A stretch of DNA of 64,000 bases from Caldisericota bacterium (GTDB lineage: Bacteria > Caldisericota > Caldisericia > JAAYUI01): positions 160,001 through 224,000 of the forward strand of contig JAKPMO010000004.1 of the NCBI GenBank assembly GCA_029548865.1, read 5' to 3'. A program made the translations under genes and the position numbers. Below the pieces are notes generated by a model. The model saw only the letters and a program-made list of their open reading frames with translations. It did no database searches and was not told the origin of the DNA. Shown here piece by piece: positions 32,955-43,340 of the stretch. Numbering within the stretch: the first letter of the stretch is position 1; the number at the start of each line of letters is the position of its first letter.

Positions 32955-34339
32955 CTGCCTCCAAGCATTGCCTTGCATTTGATCGAGGGCCCGCCGCCAT
33001 CGACTTTGGCAGGCTGTATTTTCCCACAAGCACCGGAACCCATTGCAAACTCAAAGTCGTTTCCGACCATGTCCACACTTTTCAAAACATCAAAAGCCTG
33101 GCCGGAGATGGTAACGTTCTTCACAAGCCTGCCGACCTTTCCTTTGGCTATTTCGTAGGCCTCACCGCATCCGAACATGAATTCTGCGTTTGCGTCTGCT
33201 TCGCCGTTTTCAGGGTTGACCAGAAGGTAGCCCTTGTCTACCGAGCCAATGATCTCATCAAAACTGTTTTTGCCAGGTTTTATGTAGGTGTTTCTCATTC
33301 GTATTATCGGGACATCGGTGTAGCCCCATGCCCTTGCATTGCCAGTGGGTTCTACACCGAACAACTCGGCGGTTTCCCTGCTGTGGAGATATGAAGACAA
33401 AATGCCGTCTTTTATGATGACCGTTCCCCCGGCCTCTACACCCTCATCGTCAACCTCGATGTAGCCTGCAGGATTGCCAATCTTCATCAAATTTGGCCCG
33501 TCATCAACCATCGTGATTAAGTCTGAAGCTATTTTCTGGCCAATCTTGCCTGCCGTTATCGACCCTGACAATACAAAATCCGCCTCGACCGTGTGCCCTA
33601 TTGCCTCATGCGCAAGGATGCCAACCATGCCCGGTTTTAGAACAACGTCGTGCATCCCGCCTTCCACATAAGGTGCATCTAGTTTGTCAACGGCTATCCT
33701 GGCAGCTTTTTCGGCCATCTGCTCTGGCGTCCTGGAATCAAAGAGTTCATCAAAGCCGCCAACGACGCCACTGGATTCAAACGAGCTTTGCATCTGGCTA
33801 TCTTTTGAGGCAACAGCGATGCAGTAAAAATCAGGCTTTGAAAGCCTGCTGTGGCACTTTGCCCCGTCATTTGTCATTACCCATTTGCTTTCTGTTGTTT
33901 CGGAGTAATAAGTCGTAGCAGTAACGATAAACTGAGAGCTTTTCCGGATCAGCGACTCGATCCTTATGGCCAAGGCTATTTTTTCTTCAAACGGGATGTC
34001 TTCGAGGTCTCTTTTTGTTTTGTATTTGTAGTCTTTTTTGGCCAGCCTCTTTGGGGATAGCACTGGCACTTTCTTTTGTGATTGCGAGCCAATTGTAATA
34101 GCTGCTATCTCGGCATCTTTCAGGGCCTTGGCAAGAGAATCCGGATCGAGGTCAGATGTTGAAGCAAAGCCCCATGCGCCGTTCCTGAGCACTCTTATGC
34201 CTGCCCCAATGCTCCTTTTGGAGCTGGATGTTTCAAGCAGGCCGTTTTTTATTGCCACGCCGCGGCTCGTCTTGTCAGAAATCCTTATTTCGCAGAAACC
34301 ATTGCTCAAAGACAATGTTTTTCCAATCAGATCAAACAT
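32951..34339 (-). CDS. tldD: TldD metalloprotease
   Basis: GAWGFAS, HEAIGH, DDEG, PTGNAR, IRMRNT, CGK. Confidence 0.92.
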   Translation of the reverse strand: MFDLIGKTLSLSNGFCEIRISDKTSRGVAIKNGLLETSSSKRSIGAGIRVLRNGAWGFASTSDLDPDSLAKALKDAEIAAITIGSQSQKKVPVLSPKRLAKKDYKYKTKRDLEDIPFEEKIALAIRIESLIRKSSQFIVTATTYYSETTESKWVMTNDGAKCHSRLSKPDFYCIAVASKDSQMQSSFESSGVVGGFDELFDSRTPEQMAEKAARIAVDKLDAPYVEGGMHDVVLKPGMVGILAHEAIGHTVEADFVLSGSITAGKIGQKIASDLITMVDDGPNLMKIGNPAGYIEVDDEGVEAGGTVIIKDGILSSYLHSRETAELFGVEPTGNARAWGYTDVPIIRMRNTYIKPGKNSFDEIIGSVDKGYLLVNPENGEADANAEFMFGCGEAYEIAKGKVGRLVKNVTISGQAFDVLKSVDMVGNDFEFAMGSGACGKIQPAKVDGGGPSIKCKAMLGGR

Positions 34340-35730
34340 CAGTCCTCCTTTTGTCCAGTAGCGGCCGCTTTCCTGATAATAATTATTGGAGTCTGGTCAT
34401 CCTCGTTGCCAGCGGGATTATCGGCCATGAATTGCTCAAGCTCTTTCTTGTCTACGCCGTCAGAGGCGCCAACCGCCCAGGCTATTCCCATGTCGTTGGC
34501 ATCAATGATTGCGGCCTCAAAACCAGTTTTTTCCTTTATTATCTGGGCAAGCTTGTCGCTGTTGTATGGCCCTGGTATGACAAAATAATCGTAGGGTGCC
34601 ATTGATGCCGGCATGTCATCTATCATTGCGACCTCGGGTCCTGCCACCATATAAAACCAGCCCTTTTTGCCAATCAATTTACCCAAAGCGCCGCAGAACG
34701 TTGCAAAAAGTATTTTTAGGAGTCCTGCTATTTCAATTGCCACCTGGAAGGAGAGCGGATTTGCAAGGGGCGAAGTTGTGGCAAAAGAATTTTTTGATGA
34801 AGCTGTTACGAAACCAGAAAGCATCCTCGCGATCCTTGTGGGTTGGATTGTTTCCGCAGAGTAGATCCTTGCCTGTGTTATTGCAGCCACAGCAGAAGCA
34901 AATGTTACTATGTCACCTTTTTGGGCAATGCCTTTTATTGATTCTATAATAACTTGTGCTGCATCATCTTCCTCGGTGATGATTTTTGTTTTTACGGGTA
35001 TCTTTACCGAGCCAGGTTTTGACGGAAGAGGCGGTTTCAGGATTATCATTTTTGCCTCATCCGGAAACACCCTCTCGATCTCTTTTAGACATTTTCTGCC
35101 TTTTCTTCTCCTGGTACCCTCTTTCCAGATTTCCAGGGCTTTTTCTTTCTGGCCAGTTTTTTCGTAGCATTGGCCAAGCAGAACAAAGTCGGTCTCATAG
35201 AAATTTGATGGTTCGAGTCTTTTGAACTCCTCGAAATACCAGATTACATCCTTGAAACGACCAAGCTCAAAAAGGCAATGCGAAATCCTTTTTAAAAGGT
35301 ACCTGTAAATTGAGAGTATGTCTCTCCTGAGGTGCTCCTTGCCAATGTCCATCCCTTTCACATACACCTGAAAGGCGGCCTCAAGGTCCTTTTTATGGTA
35401 GTAATAAACATCGCCCATTGAAAGGTAATACCAGTACTGCGTTGGTCTCTGGTCAAAGGTTTTTTGTAGCAGGTCAATGGCCTTCTGGTATTCACCAGAA
35501 ACACTGTAGATTCTGGCCAGCAATCTCACCGAACGCGGATAGTTGCAACCACCACGGTCAACCACCTTTTCAAGAAAAGCTGTGGCTTGTTTTTCCTTTC
35601 CAGTCTTTCTCAGTGCTTTGCAGTACAGCTCTGCATCTCTGTCCGAGGTTCTTGCTGGGTCTGGGTTTCGATAGGCTTTGACAATATTTTCATAATCATT
35701 TGATTCGAGATATTTTCTATACGATGGCAT
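34339..35730 (-). CDS. TPR-repeat protein fused to a CofE-like (F420-0:gamma-glutamyl ligase family) domain
   Basis: N-terminal ~235 aa of TPR-like helices; C-terminal IPVKT..I, GDIV, IDD, IIDAND, DNPAGN..QTPIIIIR. Confidence 0.72.
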   Translation of the reverse strand: MPSYRKYLESNDYENIVKAYRNPDPARTSDRDAELYCKALRKTGKEKQATAFLEKVVDRGGCNYPRSVRLLARIYSVSGEYQKAIDLLQKTFDQRPTQYWYYLSMGDVYYYHKKDLEAAFQVYVKGMDIGKEHLRRDILSIYRYLLKRISHCLFELGRFKDVIWYFEEFKRLEPSNFYETDFVLLGQCYEKTGQKEKALEIWKEGTRRRKGRKCLKEIERVFPDEAKMIILKPPLPSKPGSVKIPVKTKIITEEDDAAQVIIESIKGIAQKGDIVTFASAVAAITQARIYSAETIQPTRIARMLSGFVTASSKNSFATTSPLANPLSFQVAIEIAGLLKILFATFCGALGKLIGKKGWFYMVAGPEVAMIDDMPASMAPYDYFVIPGPYNSDKLAQIIKEKTGFEAAIIDANDMGIAWAVGASDGVDKKELEQFMADNPAGNEDDQTPIIIIRKAAATGQKED

Positions 35731-36271
35731 CCTGATCTTCCTGCGCCAGTCCTGTTCTTTCAACCAGCTCAAATAATTTTATCAAAACATTTTTTACAGA
35801 TTTCTTGTCCTTGGCAACACATGATACAACCTCAACACTGTCATCAATTCCGAGCATCTGCCCGACCTGCTCCGGGTTTAGGGAACCTGTGACATCTTGT
35901 TTGTTTGCCGCAACAACACACGGTATCTGGAGTTTTGGCAAAAAGAATGAAAGATAACGCCTTGCTTCTATAATTGACTTGTAATCTGCAGAATCAACAA
36001 TCAGCACCATACCTACGGCCCCGACGGAAAGGACATCCCACATGTATGAAAATCTCTCCTGCCCTGGTGTTCCAAAGATATAAAGCACAAGATCATCATC
36101 AATTGTCAGCCTTCCAAAATCAAGTGCGACTGTTGTCTGGTTTTTTATAACCCTTGTTTCGTCTGTTACTGCCTTCTCTGTTGAAACAACAGGTATTTCA
36201 GAAACCGATTTAATTAAACTTGTTTTGCCGGATGAGAACGGCCCGGTCACAAGTATTTTGATTCTTTTCAT
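35717..36271 (-). CDS. Small Ras-like GTPase (MglA/CvnD-type)
   Basis: GPFSSGKT, TTVALDFG, GTPGQERF, ANKQD. Confidence 0.9.
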   Translation of the reverse strand: MKRIKILVTGPFSSGKTSLIKSVSEIPVVSTEKAVTDETRVIKNQTTVALDFGRLTIDDDLVLYIFGTPGQERFSYMWDVLSVGAVGMVLIVDSADYKSIIEARRYLSFFLPKLQIPCVVAANKQDVTGSLNPEQVGQMLGIDDSVEVVSCVAKDKKSVKNVLIKLFELVERTGLAQEDQDAIV

Positions 36272-36909
36272 AGTTTCCTGAGATAATCAATAATTTTTGA
36301 TATGAATGATGGTTTGGATTTTGGATCGTTTGGTTTTGGCTGAACCGTGTCTGTTCTTTGTTTGACCGCAGCCCTTCTTATGACTCCAACCTGCAAAAGT
36401 GAATAAAAAATTCTGATTGCATCAAATTCTGGCCAACCAAGGTCTTTGCTGATGTCGCCCAGGGATTTCTCGCCATCTATGAGCCCGATCACCTGCCACT
36501 GCTTTGAATCAAAAACGAGATCATAGGTTTCGAACTCCAACGAAAGTGAATAAATGATGTTGGTGGAGGGAATTTCACGCCTCAGGGTCTCGTAAAGTTT
36601 TATTCTTCCAGAGGCCTCCAGTAGTAGCTGGTCCATTGAAACAATGATGTTTGTTTCAGGACTGTTTTCATCACTTATGAACCTGAAGCTGCCGTTTTCC
36701 GCCTCGCATATCGCGAAAAAGGCCTCCTTGCCGTTCTGGTTGTCCGCAAAAGCGGCTGTTATGCCGCCATTCATAAAAAAAACTGATGCTTCAAACCTTC
36801 TTCCGGACTGCTCCAGAAAAAGCTGGAGCTTGCCGGTTCGTTTTGAAATCCAAATAAACTGGCATATTTCTATGACTGAAAAATCTTTGATGTTGCCTGC
36901 AAGTTCCAT
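36268..36909 (-). CDS. DUF4388 domain protein with winged-helix-like C-terminus
   Basis: LAGNIKDFSVIEICQFI...RTGKL...FMNG...GSFRF; QWQVIGLIDGEKSL. Confidence 0.8.
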   Translation of the reverse strand: MELAGNIKDFSVIEICQFIWISKRTGKLQLFLEQSGRRFEASVFFMNGGITAAFADNQNGKEAFFAICEAENGSFRFISDENSPETNIIVSMDQLLLEASGRIKLYETLRREIPSTNIIYSLSLEFETYDLVFDSKQWQVIGLIDGEKSLGDISKDLGWPEFDAIRIFYSLLQVGVIRRAAVKQRTDTVQPKPNDPKSKPSFISKIIDYLRKL

Positions 36910-36916
36910 CTACACC

Positions 36917-39250
36917 TCACTTTAGAAAAACAATTGTTACAGCATCACCACCCTCGTCTGGCTGGGCGAGGTTGAACCTGTCAACACGCGGGCAGTGCGG
37001 CAGATAGTCTTGGATGGCCTTTCTCAGGACCCCAGAACCCCTGCCATGAACGATATATACGAATGGCATACCAGCGGAATAGGCGCTGTCAAGATACCTC
37101 TCAAGTTTTACCAGCGCATCTTCTATGGGCATGCCAAAGAGTTCCAATTTTATCGGCACTGATTGGACTTCCGGTCTTACCTCCGGTTTTCCGATTTCTT
37201 CTCCTTCCACGGGTTCATTCACCAGCTCTACGCTGCTTGCCGGTAATTGCACCCTTGCCGTTCCAACTTGGACAAGAACCTTGCCCTTTTCAGGATAAAC
37301 GTCCATTACAACACCCTGCGATTTGAACCTTGGGACATAAACGATGTCCCCTGCTTTTATGCCTTCAACATCGACAGGAGTTGTGCTTGGCTGTTCTTCC
37401 TCTGCTTTTGCGACCTCTTCGTGGATCTCCTGGAGGCGCTTCTGGAGAGTGTCTGTCTCCTTGTTTTGTCTCGAGGCTTTGGCAAGTCTTTTGACTATCT
37501 CGTCAGCTTCGGCAAGCTTTTCGCCAAAAAATTTCCTGGCTTTCAGGAGCTCGCGGTCAAGCATTGATTTGCGGTTTTGTTCTATCTCAACAAGTTCTAC
37601 TTCGCGCTTTCTCAGGAGCTCCTCGGCTTCCATCCTAGCCTTGCTGACCTGCTCCCTTTCTTCCATTATCATCTTGGCGTCTTCGGCCATTTTTGAAATT
37701 ATGTCTGCGCTGTTTTTGTCCTCCGGCCTCATGAGCGCCCTTGCTCTTGATATGACCAAATCGGGGAGGCCCGTCCTCTCGGCTATTTCAAAGGCATGAG
37801 AAGAACCTGGTGTACCTATATGGATTTTGTAGGTTGGCATGAGGGTCTCATGGTCAAATCCAACCGAGGCATTTACAGCGTTTATATTGTTGTATGCAAA
37901 ACCCTTCATCTCGCCGATGTGCGTCGTAATAATTGTTGGACAGCCAACGGCATAAAAATGCTCGGCAATTGCATAGGCAAGAGAGGCACCTTCTGTTGGG
38001 TCAGTTCCAGCGCCGAGTTCGTCCAGCAGGACAAGCTTGGAGGATGAGGCATCCCCAATTATCAGCGATATGTTTTTCAGATGTGAGGAGAATGTTGAAA
38101 GGTTTTGAGTAAGGCTTTGTTCATCACCAATATCAAGAAGGACATCATCAAGGATGCCCATCTCTGTACCATCTTCGCATGGGAGGTGAAGGCCACACTG
38201 TGCCATGACCACAAAAAGACCGACAGTCTTCAGCGAAGCTGTTTTTCCTCCAGTGTTTGGCCCGGTGAGTATGATCATTTTGAAGTCAGAGCCAATTCTT
38301 ATGTCGATTGGTATTGGTTCGCTTATCAGAGGATGCCTCCCACCCCTGATGTTTAGCCTGTGGCCATCTTCCATGGCCGGCTCGGTGCAGTTCCATCTTA
38401 TTGATAATTCTGCCCTCGCGAACATGAAGTCCAGACCGGAAAGCGCCTCATCGATCACTTCCATGTCTTCGGACCTCATGGATATTTCATCAGATATTCT
38501 CCGCAATATTTCTGCAATTTCCTCGCGCTCCCTGAGGCGAAGGTTTCTGAGGTCATTGTTTAGCGGGATAACAGAAAGAGGCTCCACATAGAGTGTTTGC
38601 CCTGATGCGGAAGAATCATGGACTATGCATGGGAAGTGGTTCTTGTATTCGCTTTTGAGCGGGATTACATACCTGTCGTCACGGATTGTGATTATCGGGT
38701 CCTGTATCATCTTGGAGTATGAAGACGATCTCATTATCTCCCCGAGCTTGGACTGTATCTTTGTGTGTACCAGCCTCATCTGGACCCTTATCGAAGCAAG
38801 CCTTTCCGAGGCAGAATCAAGGACTTCTCCGTGCTCATCAACCGTCTTTGCAATCATCTGTTCAATTGCCTGTTGTGTTTTTATTCTTGAGGCAACCACC
38901 CAGACATCAGGAATGTCCTCCCTTGAACCCTCCAGCGATGATTTCACAGACCTTGAGCACCTGAGGGTTTTCAATACCTCAAGCAATTCCTCTGGCGAGA
39001 GCGGTGAGCCGATGACACATGATTTGATATAGTCGGTTATCGATTTTGCGTCAATGAACGGCAATGGGCCATATCGCAGTAGTTGATTCTTGCACTGGGA
39101 TGTTTCCCTCTGCAATCTAGCAACTTCTTCAGCCGAATTTGTGGGAAGCATGACAAAAACAAGATCCCTGCCACCCTGGGTGTGCGCAAATTCGGTGAGT
39201 TTCTCTTTTATTTTCTCAAACTCAAGCACCCTAAGGGCATGATCGTTCAC
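36917..39250 (-). CDS. mutS2: Endonuclease MutS2
   Basis: TGPNTGGKT, DIGDEQS, LSTFSSH, DELGAGTDP, Smr domain VHGRGSG. Confidence 0.96.
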   Translation of the reverse strand: MNDHALRVLEFEKIKEKLTEFAHTQGGRDLVFVMLPTNSAEEVARLQRETSQCKNQLLRYGPLPFIDAKSITDYIKSCVIGSPLSPEELLEVLKTLRCSRSVKSSLEGSREDIPDVWVVASRIKTQQAIEQMIAKTVDEHGEVLDSASERLASIRVQMRLVHTKIQSKLGEIMRSSSYSKMIQDPIITIRDDRYVIPLKSEYKNHFPCIVHDSSASGQTLYVEPLSVIPLNNDLRNLRLREREEIAEILRRISDEISMRSEDMEVIDEALSGLDFMFARAELSIRWNCTEPAMEDGHRLNIRGGRHPLISEPIPIDIRIGSDFKMIILTGPNTGGKTASLKTVGLFVVMAQCGLHLPCEDGTEMGILDDVLLDIGDEQSLTQNLSTFSSHLKNISLIIGDASSSKLVLLDELGAGTDPTEGASLAYAIAEHFYAVGCPTIITTHIGEMKGFAYNNINAVNASVGFDHETLMPTYKIHIGTPGSSHAFEIAERTGLPDLVISRARALMRPEDKNSADIISKMAEDAKMIMEEREQVSKARMEAEELLRKREVELVEIEQNRKSMLDRELLKARKFFGEKLAEADEIVKRLAKASRQNKETDTLQKRLQEIHEEVAKAEEEQPSTTPVDVEGIKAGDIVYVPRFKSQGVVMDVYPEKGKVLVQVGTARVQLPASSVELVNEPVEGEEIGKPEVRPEVQSVPIKLELFGMPIEDALVKLERYLDSAYSAGMPFVYIVHGRGSGVLRKAIQDYLPHCPRVDRFNLAQPDEGGDAVTIVFLK

Positions 39251-40926
39251 TGACCCCTCCAGCAGAGCTCGCGGACCTGTTCATATGATTTGCAGTTTAA
39301 CAAATTTTCCCGGGAAACGCCAGCCCTTCGCGCAAGCTTCACCCCTGAAGGCAGTTCTTTCAGGTGCAATGCATAATGGGCATCACTTCCAAGCGCAAAC
39401 ATGCACCCATGTTTCATGGCAATCCTTGCCACCTGCCAGGGAGGATCAAGCTTGTCAGGAGCATAATTCAGCTCCACTGCAACACCTGCTTTTGAACATT
39501 CCGAAAAAATCATGTCCCAGTCTATTTCTATAGGTGGCCTGACAAGGAGTCTCCGGAGCGTCGGGTGCGCCACGATATCAATTGCACCAGAGCTTATTGC
39601 CCTCAAATAGCGGTTTTCCAGGATGGATGGATCGTCACCGAGCCCGGAGTGTAGTGCTCCAATCCTCATGATTTTTTGCCTTGTCTGGAAATCGACATGG
39701 CCATCGGCATCAATGTTATATTCAATGCCGGGAACTATCTTTACCGTTCCTTTGAAAGCGTTCATTTTTCTTATTTTGTCTGTCTGAGCCTCAAGGTCTT
39801 GCGCTGAAAGTCCTTTTGTTACAGATATTCCTTGAGCGTGATCAGTGACTGTTAAGTATTCAAGACCCATCTGCTCTGCCTGTCTTACAAGCTCCGAAAG
39901 CCTTGATCTGCCATCACTCCATGGCGTATGTGCGTGAAGATCGCCCAGGATGTCATCTTCTTCAACGATGTCCCAGCCGAGTTTGCCTTCGGAAAGCTCT
40001 ATGCAGTCCGGCCATTCGCGTATTTCTGGCGGAATGTATGGCAAACCAAGCTGTTTGTAGAAAGATTCTTCGTCACCTTTTACAAGCAAAAAACCAGCAA
40101 CTGATCTGTTTTTGAATGCTGTCCTCGAGCAGAGCTTCTGGTAGTGGTCGCCGGGGCCAGTGGCAAGGCACATTGCAGAGCCAGTATACTCTTGTCTGCA
40201 CAGATGTACTCTCACCTGGACACCTGAAACCTGGCCTTCGCAGCCATATTTTGTAATGATGCACTCACCAAATTCCAGATATTTTGATATCTCTTGTGCT
40301 GTTTTTACGGTTGGCTTGGAAACGACAACAAGCAGATCAATTTTTTCTATCAGCTCCCTACCCCGCCTTATGTCGCCAGCAACAAATACTTTTGACGCCT
40401 CTTCAAAATGTTTTACTTTTCTTTGCAGAAGATTTGCCAGATGTATTGCGTTTGAAAGCGGGAGGGTCCTCCTTCCGGAGAGGGTCTGCGTCACCATTCC
40501 CTCTACTTGTTTTGAAAATCTCTCACCAAAACCTTTTCTTGAGGAAAGCAGACCACCTCTTGATGCTTTTCTGAGCTCCTCAAGTGTTTCTATTCCACAA
40601 TCCTCATAGAGTCTTGCGATATTTGAGATACTAAGGCCTGAAATCTGCAGAAGACTCTGCACGCCTTTTGGAGTTTTTTTCAGCAATGCCTGCTCAAGAC
40701 TTGAACTGCCAGTCTTTATCATCTCTGAAATTGCAGAAGCTGTTGTTTCAGAAAGCAACCCTTGCGCCAAAAGGAAACCGACCATTTGGAGTTCGACTTC
40801 ATCGACGTCCAGGTGTCTGATTGTTGTCGAGGCATCAAGAAACTGGTTCGAGCCAATACCAGTATTTGTGTATCTTGCAAGCCTTGCCAAAAAATTGAGC
40901 TTTTCCGCAAGCTCCCAAGAGTTCAT
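39247..40926 (-). CDS. polX: PolX-PHP family protein, polymerase site degenerate
   Basis: HhH motifs, AGDIRR, YIPPEIRE, PHP motifs DLHAHT.WSDG, TDH, AHP, SDAH. Confidence 0.85.
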   Translation of the reverse strand: MNSWELAEKLNFLARLARYTNTGIGSNQFLDASTTIRHLDVDEVELQMVGFLLAQGLLSETTASAISEMIKTGSSSLEQALLKKTPKGVQSLLQISGLSISNIARLYEDCGIETLEELRKASRGGLLSSRKGFGERFSKQVEGMVTQTLSGRRTLPLSNAIHLANLLQRKVKHFEEASKVFVAGDIRRGRELIEKIDLLVVVSKPTVKTAQEISKYLEFGECIITKYGCEGQVSGVQVRVHLCRQEYTGSAMCLATGPGDHYQKLCSRTAFKNRSVAGFLLVKGDEESFYKQLGLPYIPPEIREWPDCIELSEGKLGWDIVEEDDILGDLHAHTPWSDGRSRLSELVRQAEQMGLEYLTVTDHAQGISVTKGLSAQDLEAQTDKIRKMNAFKGTVKIVPGIEYNIDADGHVDFQTRQKIMRIGALHSGLGDDPSILENRYLRAISSGAIDIVAHPTLRRLLVRPPIEIDWDMIFSECSKAGVAVELNYAPDKLDPPWQVARIAMKHGCMFALGSDAHYALHLKELPSGVKLARRAGVSRENLLNCKSYEQVRELCWRGQ

Positions 40927-43340
40927 GCCTTTCTGACAGAAGCACCAATTTTTTCTAGGGCCAGATCAATTTTCTCGATTATAGCGTCAATCTGGCTGCC
41001 AAGGAGCGTCCCTTCGGGATCATAGAAAGACAGCGAGAATGCCAGCGAACGCTTGCCCTCTCTTGCAAATCCGCCAACAAACTGGTCAAAAAGCCTTATC
41101 GATGAAAGATTGTTGCCGGCGTGGTCTTTGATTGTTGATTCGATCTGGGAGCAAGGGACTGTTTCCGGTGCAAGAACCGCTATGTCCCTCAGGACCATTG
41201 GAAACCTCGGAACAGGTTTTGCAACAATCACTTCCGGAACGTGTGGAAGAAGGTTTTCTATGTTTATGTTCGCAATTGTTATGGGAGTTGCAACCTGCAG
41301 TCTCTCGTTTACTTCCGGGTCAAGCTGGCCGATATAGCCTATTGGGTTGCCAGAGATTGCTATTTCAGCTTGCCTGTACTGGTGCAAGTGGGGGTGGGGT
41401 TTATTTAAAGGTCTGTACGAGACACCACAAACGCAAAGCAGATCAAACAGCGCCTCAAGTGAGCCTTTCAGGTCAAAAAAGTCATAATTCTCGATATTGT
41501 CTTTCTTGCCTTCGGTTTCTTTGGCTTTGAGCTGGGAGTCCCATCCGGAAGGCCTTTTGCCGGTCATAATCATGACCAGCCTGCGGCATTCAGGTCCAAA
41601 CTGTGAACCCACCTCAAATAGCGCCATGGTAGAATTGCCCTGTCTGGCGTTGTATGAAGATGCCGCAAGAACACCCAACTCGCAAACAGGCCTCATGATT
41701 GTTGAATCTGTTGTCATCGGATTGAGGACCTTCGGGGCGTTTGGGACAAGCGTTTCGAGCTTCATCAATTTGAGCTCGTCCTCGCAGGTCATTGGTTTTG
41801 AGACGCACTCGTAAAGGCCCATTCCGGACAAGATTTTTTTGAGCCTTCTCTCAAGAAGGAAAATCGGGGTTTCGGTGACTATCTTCTCCTCGATTATTGG
41901 AAAAGTGGTGGGGATTGTGTCATATCCTATGACTCTTATTGCTTCCTCGATAAGGTCGATTTCGTCCCTGAGGTCATTGTCCCTGAACCCCGGGATAGTG
42001 GCCAATAGAGGATCTCCAACCTTGATGTCAATTCCAAGGGTGCCAAGGCCTTCTTTTATTTTCTCCGAATCAAGATCAAAACCCAGTATCTTTTTCATTC
42101 TCTTGACCCTTACCTGGACCTGGCGCCTTTCTTTTTTGTTGTAGCTTTCCACTGGGGCACATCCGCTTGTTCCAATCATCGAGATGACTTTCCAGGCGGT
42201 GTCCTCGGCGACCTCCACATCTGCGCCCTTCTCGAACCTTGTTGAAGCCTCGCTCCTTATTCCAAGGATCGAGCTGGATTTGGCTATAAGAAGAGGGTTG
42301 AAGTTCGCAGATTCGAGGAAAATCCTTTTTGTTGCAGAAGTGACTTCCGAGTCCTGTCCACCCATGATGCCGGCTATCCCAACCGGTTTCTCGCCGTCCC
42401 AGATCATAAGGGTGCCAACCGGAAGGTCGCGTTCCTTGTCATCAAGGGTTTTGAATTTCATTGGTGCTTTTGTTCTTGCGACCCTTACCACGCCACTCTT
42501 TATTTTGTCTGCATCAAAGGCGTGGGTTGGCTGTCCGTCCTCATACATGGAAAGATTGGAGGCATCGACAACATTGTTTATTGGCCTTGTGCCTGAAGCC
42601 AGTAATTTTCTTCTGGTCTCAAATCCTGAGGGCGCAACGCTTACATTTGCAAGCATTCCGATGTATCTCTGGCAATCCTCATAATCTTCTATGTCAACTC
42701 TAAATTCCAAGCAGGTGTTTTCAGCAGAGATATTTTTTGATGTCTCAAGCGATGGGACTTCATGTATCTTGCCGGTTTTCCTCCAAAGGATTGCGGCAAC
42801 CTCGTGAAGGAGCCCGCGGAGCGACAGCCATTCCGGATGATTTGGCGTTATCTTGATGTCCAGTATCGAGTCTGAGAGCCAGAATGATTCTGCCGGGTCT
42901 GTAAACAGCGGAGTATCATCGGGCATCTGCCACGGGCCTTCCCTCTCTGCCTGTGGAAGGATTTCTGGATCAACGCCAAAATCCTGGGCGGAAAGGATTG
43001 CCCCTTCTGAAGCGAATCCCCTTATGTTTCTTGGCTCGACTGTAACATCGCCAATGCGCGTTCCATGGATTGCGACCGGATAAATCTGGCCTGGTTTCAC
43101 CCTATCAGAGTTGATCACAACCTCGATGGTTTTTCCTGGAGCAATCTCAATTTTTGCTATGTGCAGTTTTTCTGTTGCCTGCCTTATTTCAGTTATTTTT
43201 CCAAAAACCGAGCCCCTGACCCTGTCTCTTTTTTGAAGGTCCTCGACTTCAAGGCCCAATATTTTGAAACCTTCCTGGATGGTTTCCAGGTCGATGTCCC
43301 ACGGAACAACACTTTTCAGATAGCGATACGAGAGTTTCAT
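40923..43340 (-). CDS. pheT: Phenylalanine-tRNA ligase beta subunit
   Basis: RPINNVVD, GQPTHAFD, RFEKG, DLIEE, FDX-ACB RDIA...KRSLAF. Confidence 0.96.
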   Translation of the reverse strand: MKLSYRYLKSVVPWDIDLETIQEGFKILGLEVEDLQKRDRVRGSVFGKITEIRQATEKLHIAKIEIAPGKTIEVVINSDRVKPGQIYPVAIHGTRIGDVTVEPRNIRGFASEGAILSAQDFGVDPEILPQAEREGPWQMPDDTPLFTDPAESFWLSDSILDIKITPNHPEWLSLRGLLHEVAAILWRKTGKIHEVPSLETSKNISAENTCLEFRVDIEDYEDCQRYIGMLANVSVAPSGFETRRKLLASGTRPINNVVDASNLSMYEDGQPTHAFDADKIKSGVVRVARTKAPMKFKTLDDKERDLPVGTLMIWDGEKPVGIAGIMGGQDSEVTSATKRIFLESANFNPLLIAKSSSILGIRSEASTRFEKGADVEVAEDTAWKVISMIGTSGCAPVESYNKKERRQVQVRVKRMKKILGFDLDSEKIKEGLGTLGIDIKVGDPLLATIPGFRDNDLRDEIDLIEEAIRVIGYDTIPTTFPIIEEKIVTETPIFLLERRLKKILSGMGLYECVSKPMTCEDELKLMKLETLVPNAPKVLNPMTTDSTIMRPVCELGVLAASSYNARQGNSTMALFEVGSQFGPECRRLVMIMTGKRPSGWDSQLKAKETEGKKDNIENYDFFDLKGSLEALFDLLCVCGVSYRPLNKPHPHLHQYRQAEIAISGNPIGYIGQLDPEVNERLQVATPITIANINIENLLPHVPEVIVAKPVPRFPMVLRDIAVLAPETVPCSQIESTIKDHAGNNLSSIRLFDQFVGGFAREGKRSLAFSLSFYDPEGTLLGSQIDAIIEKIDLALEKIGASVRKA

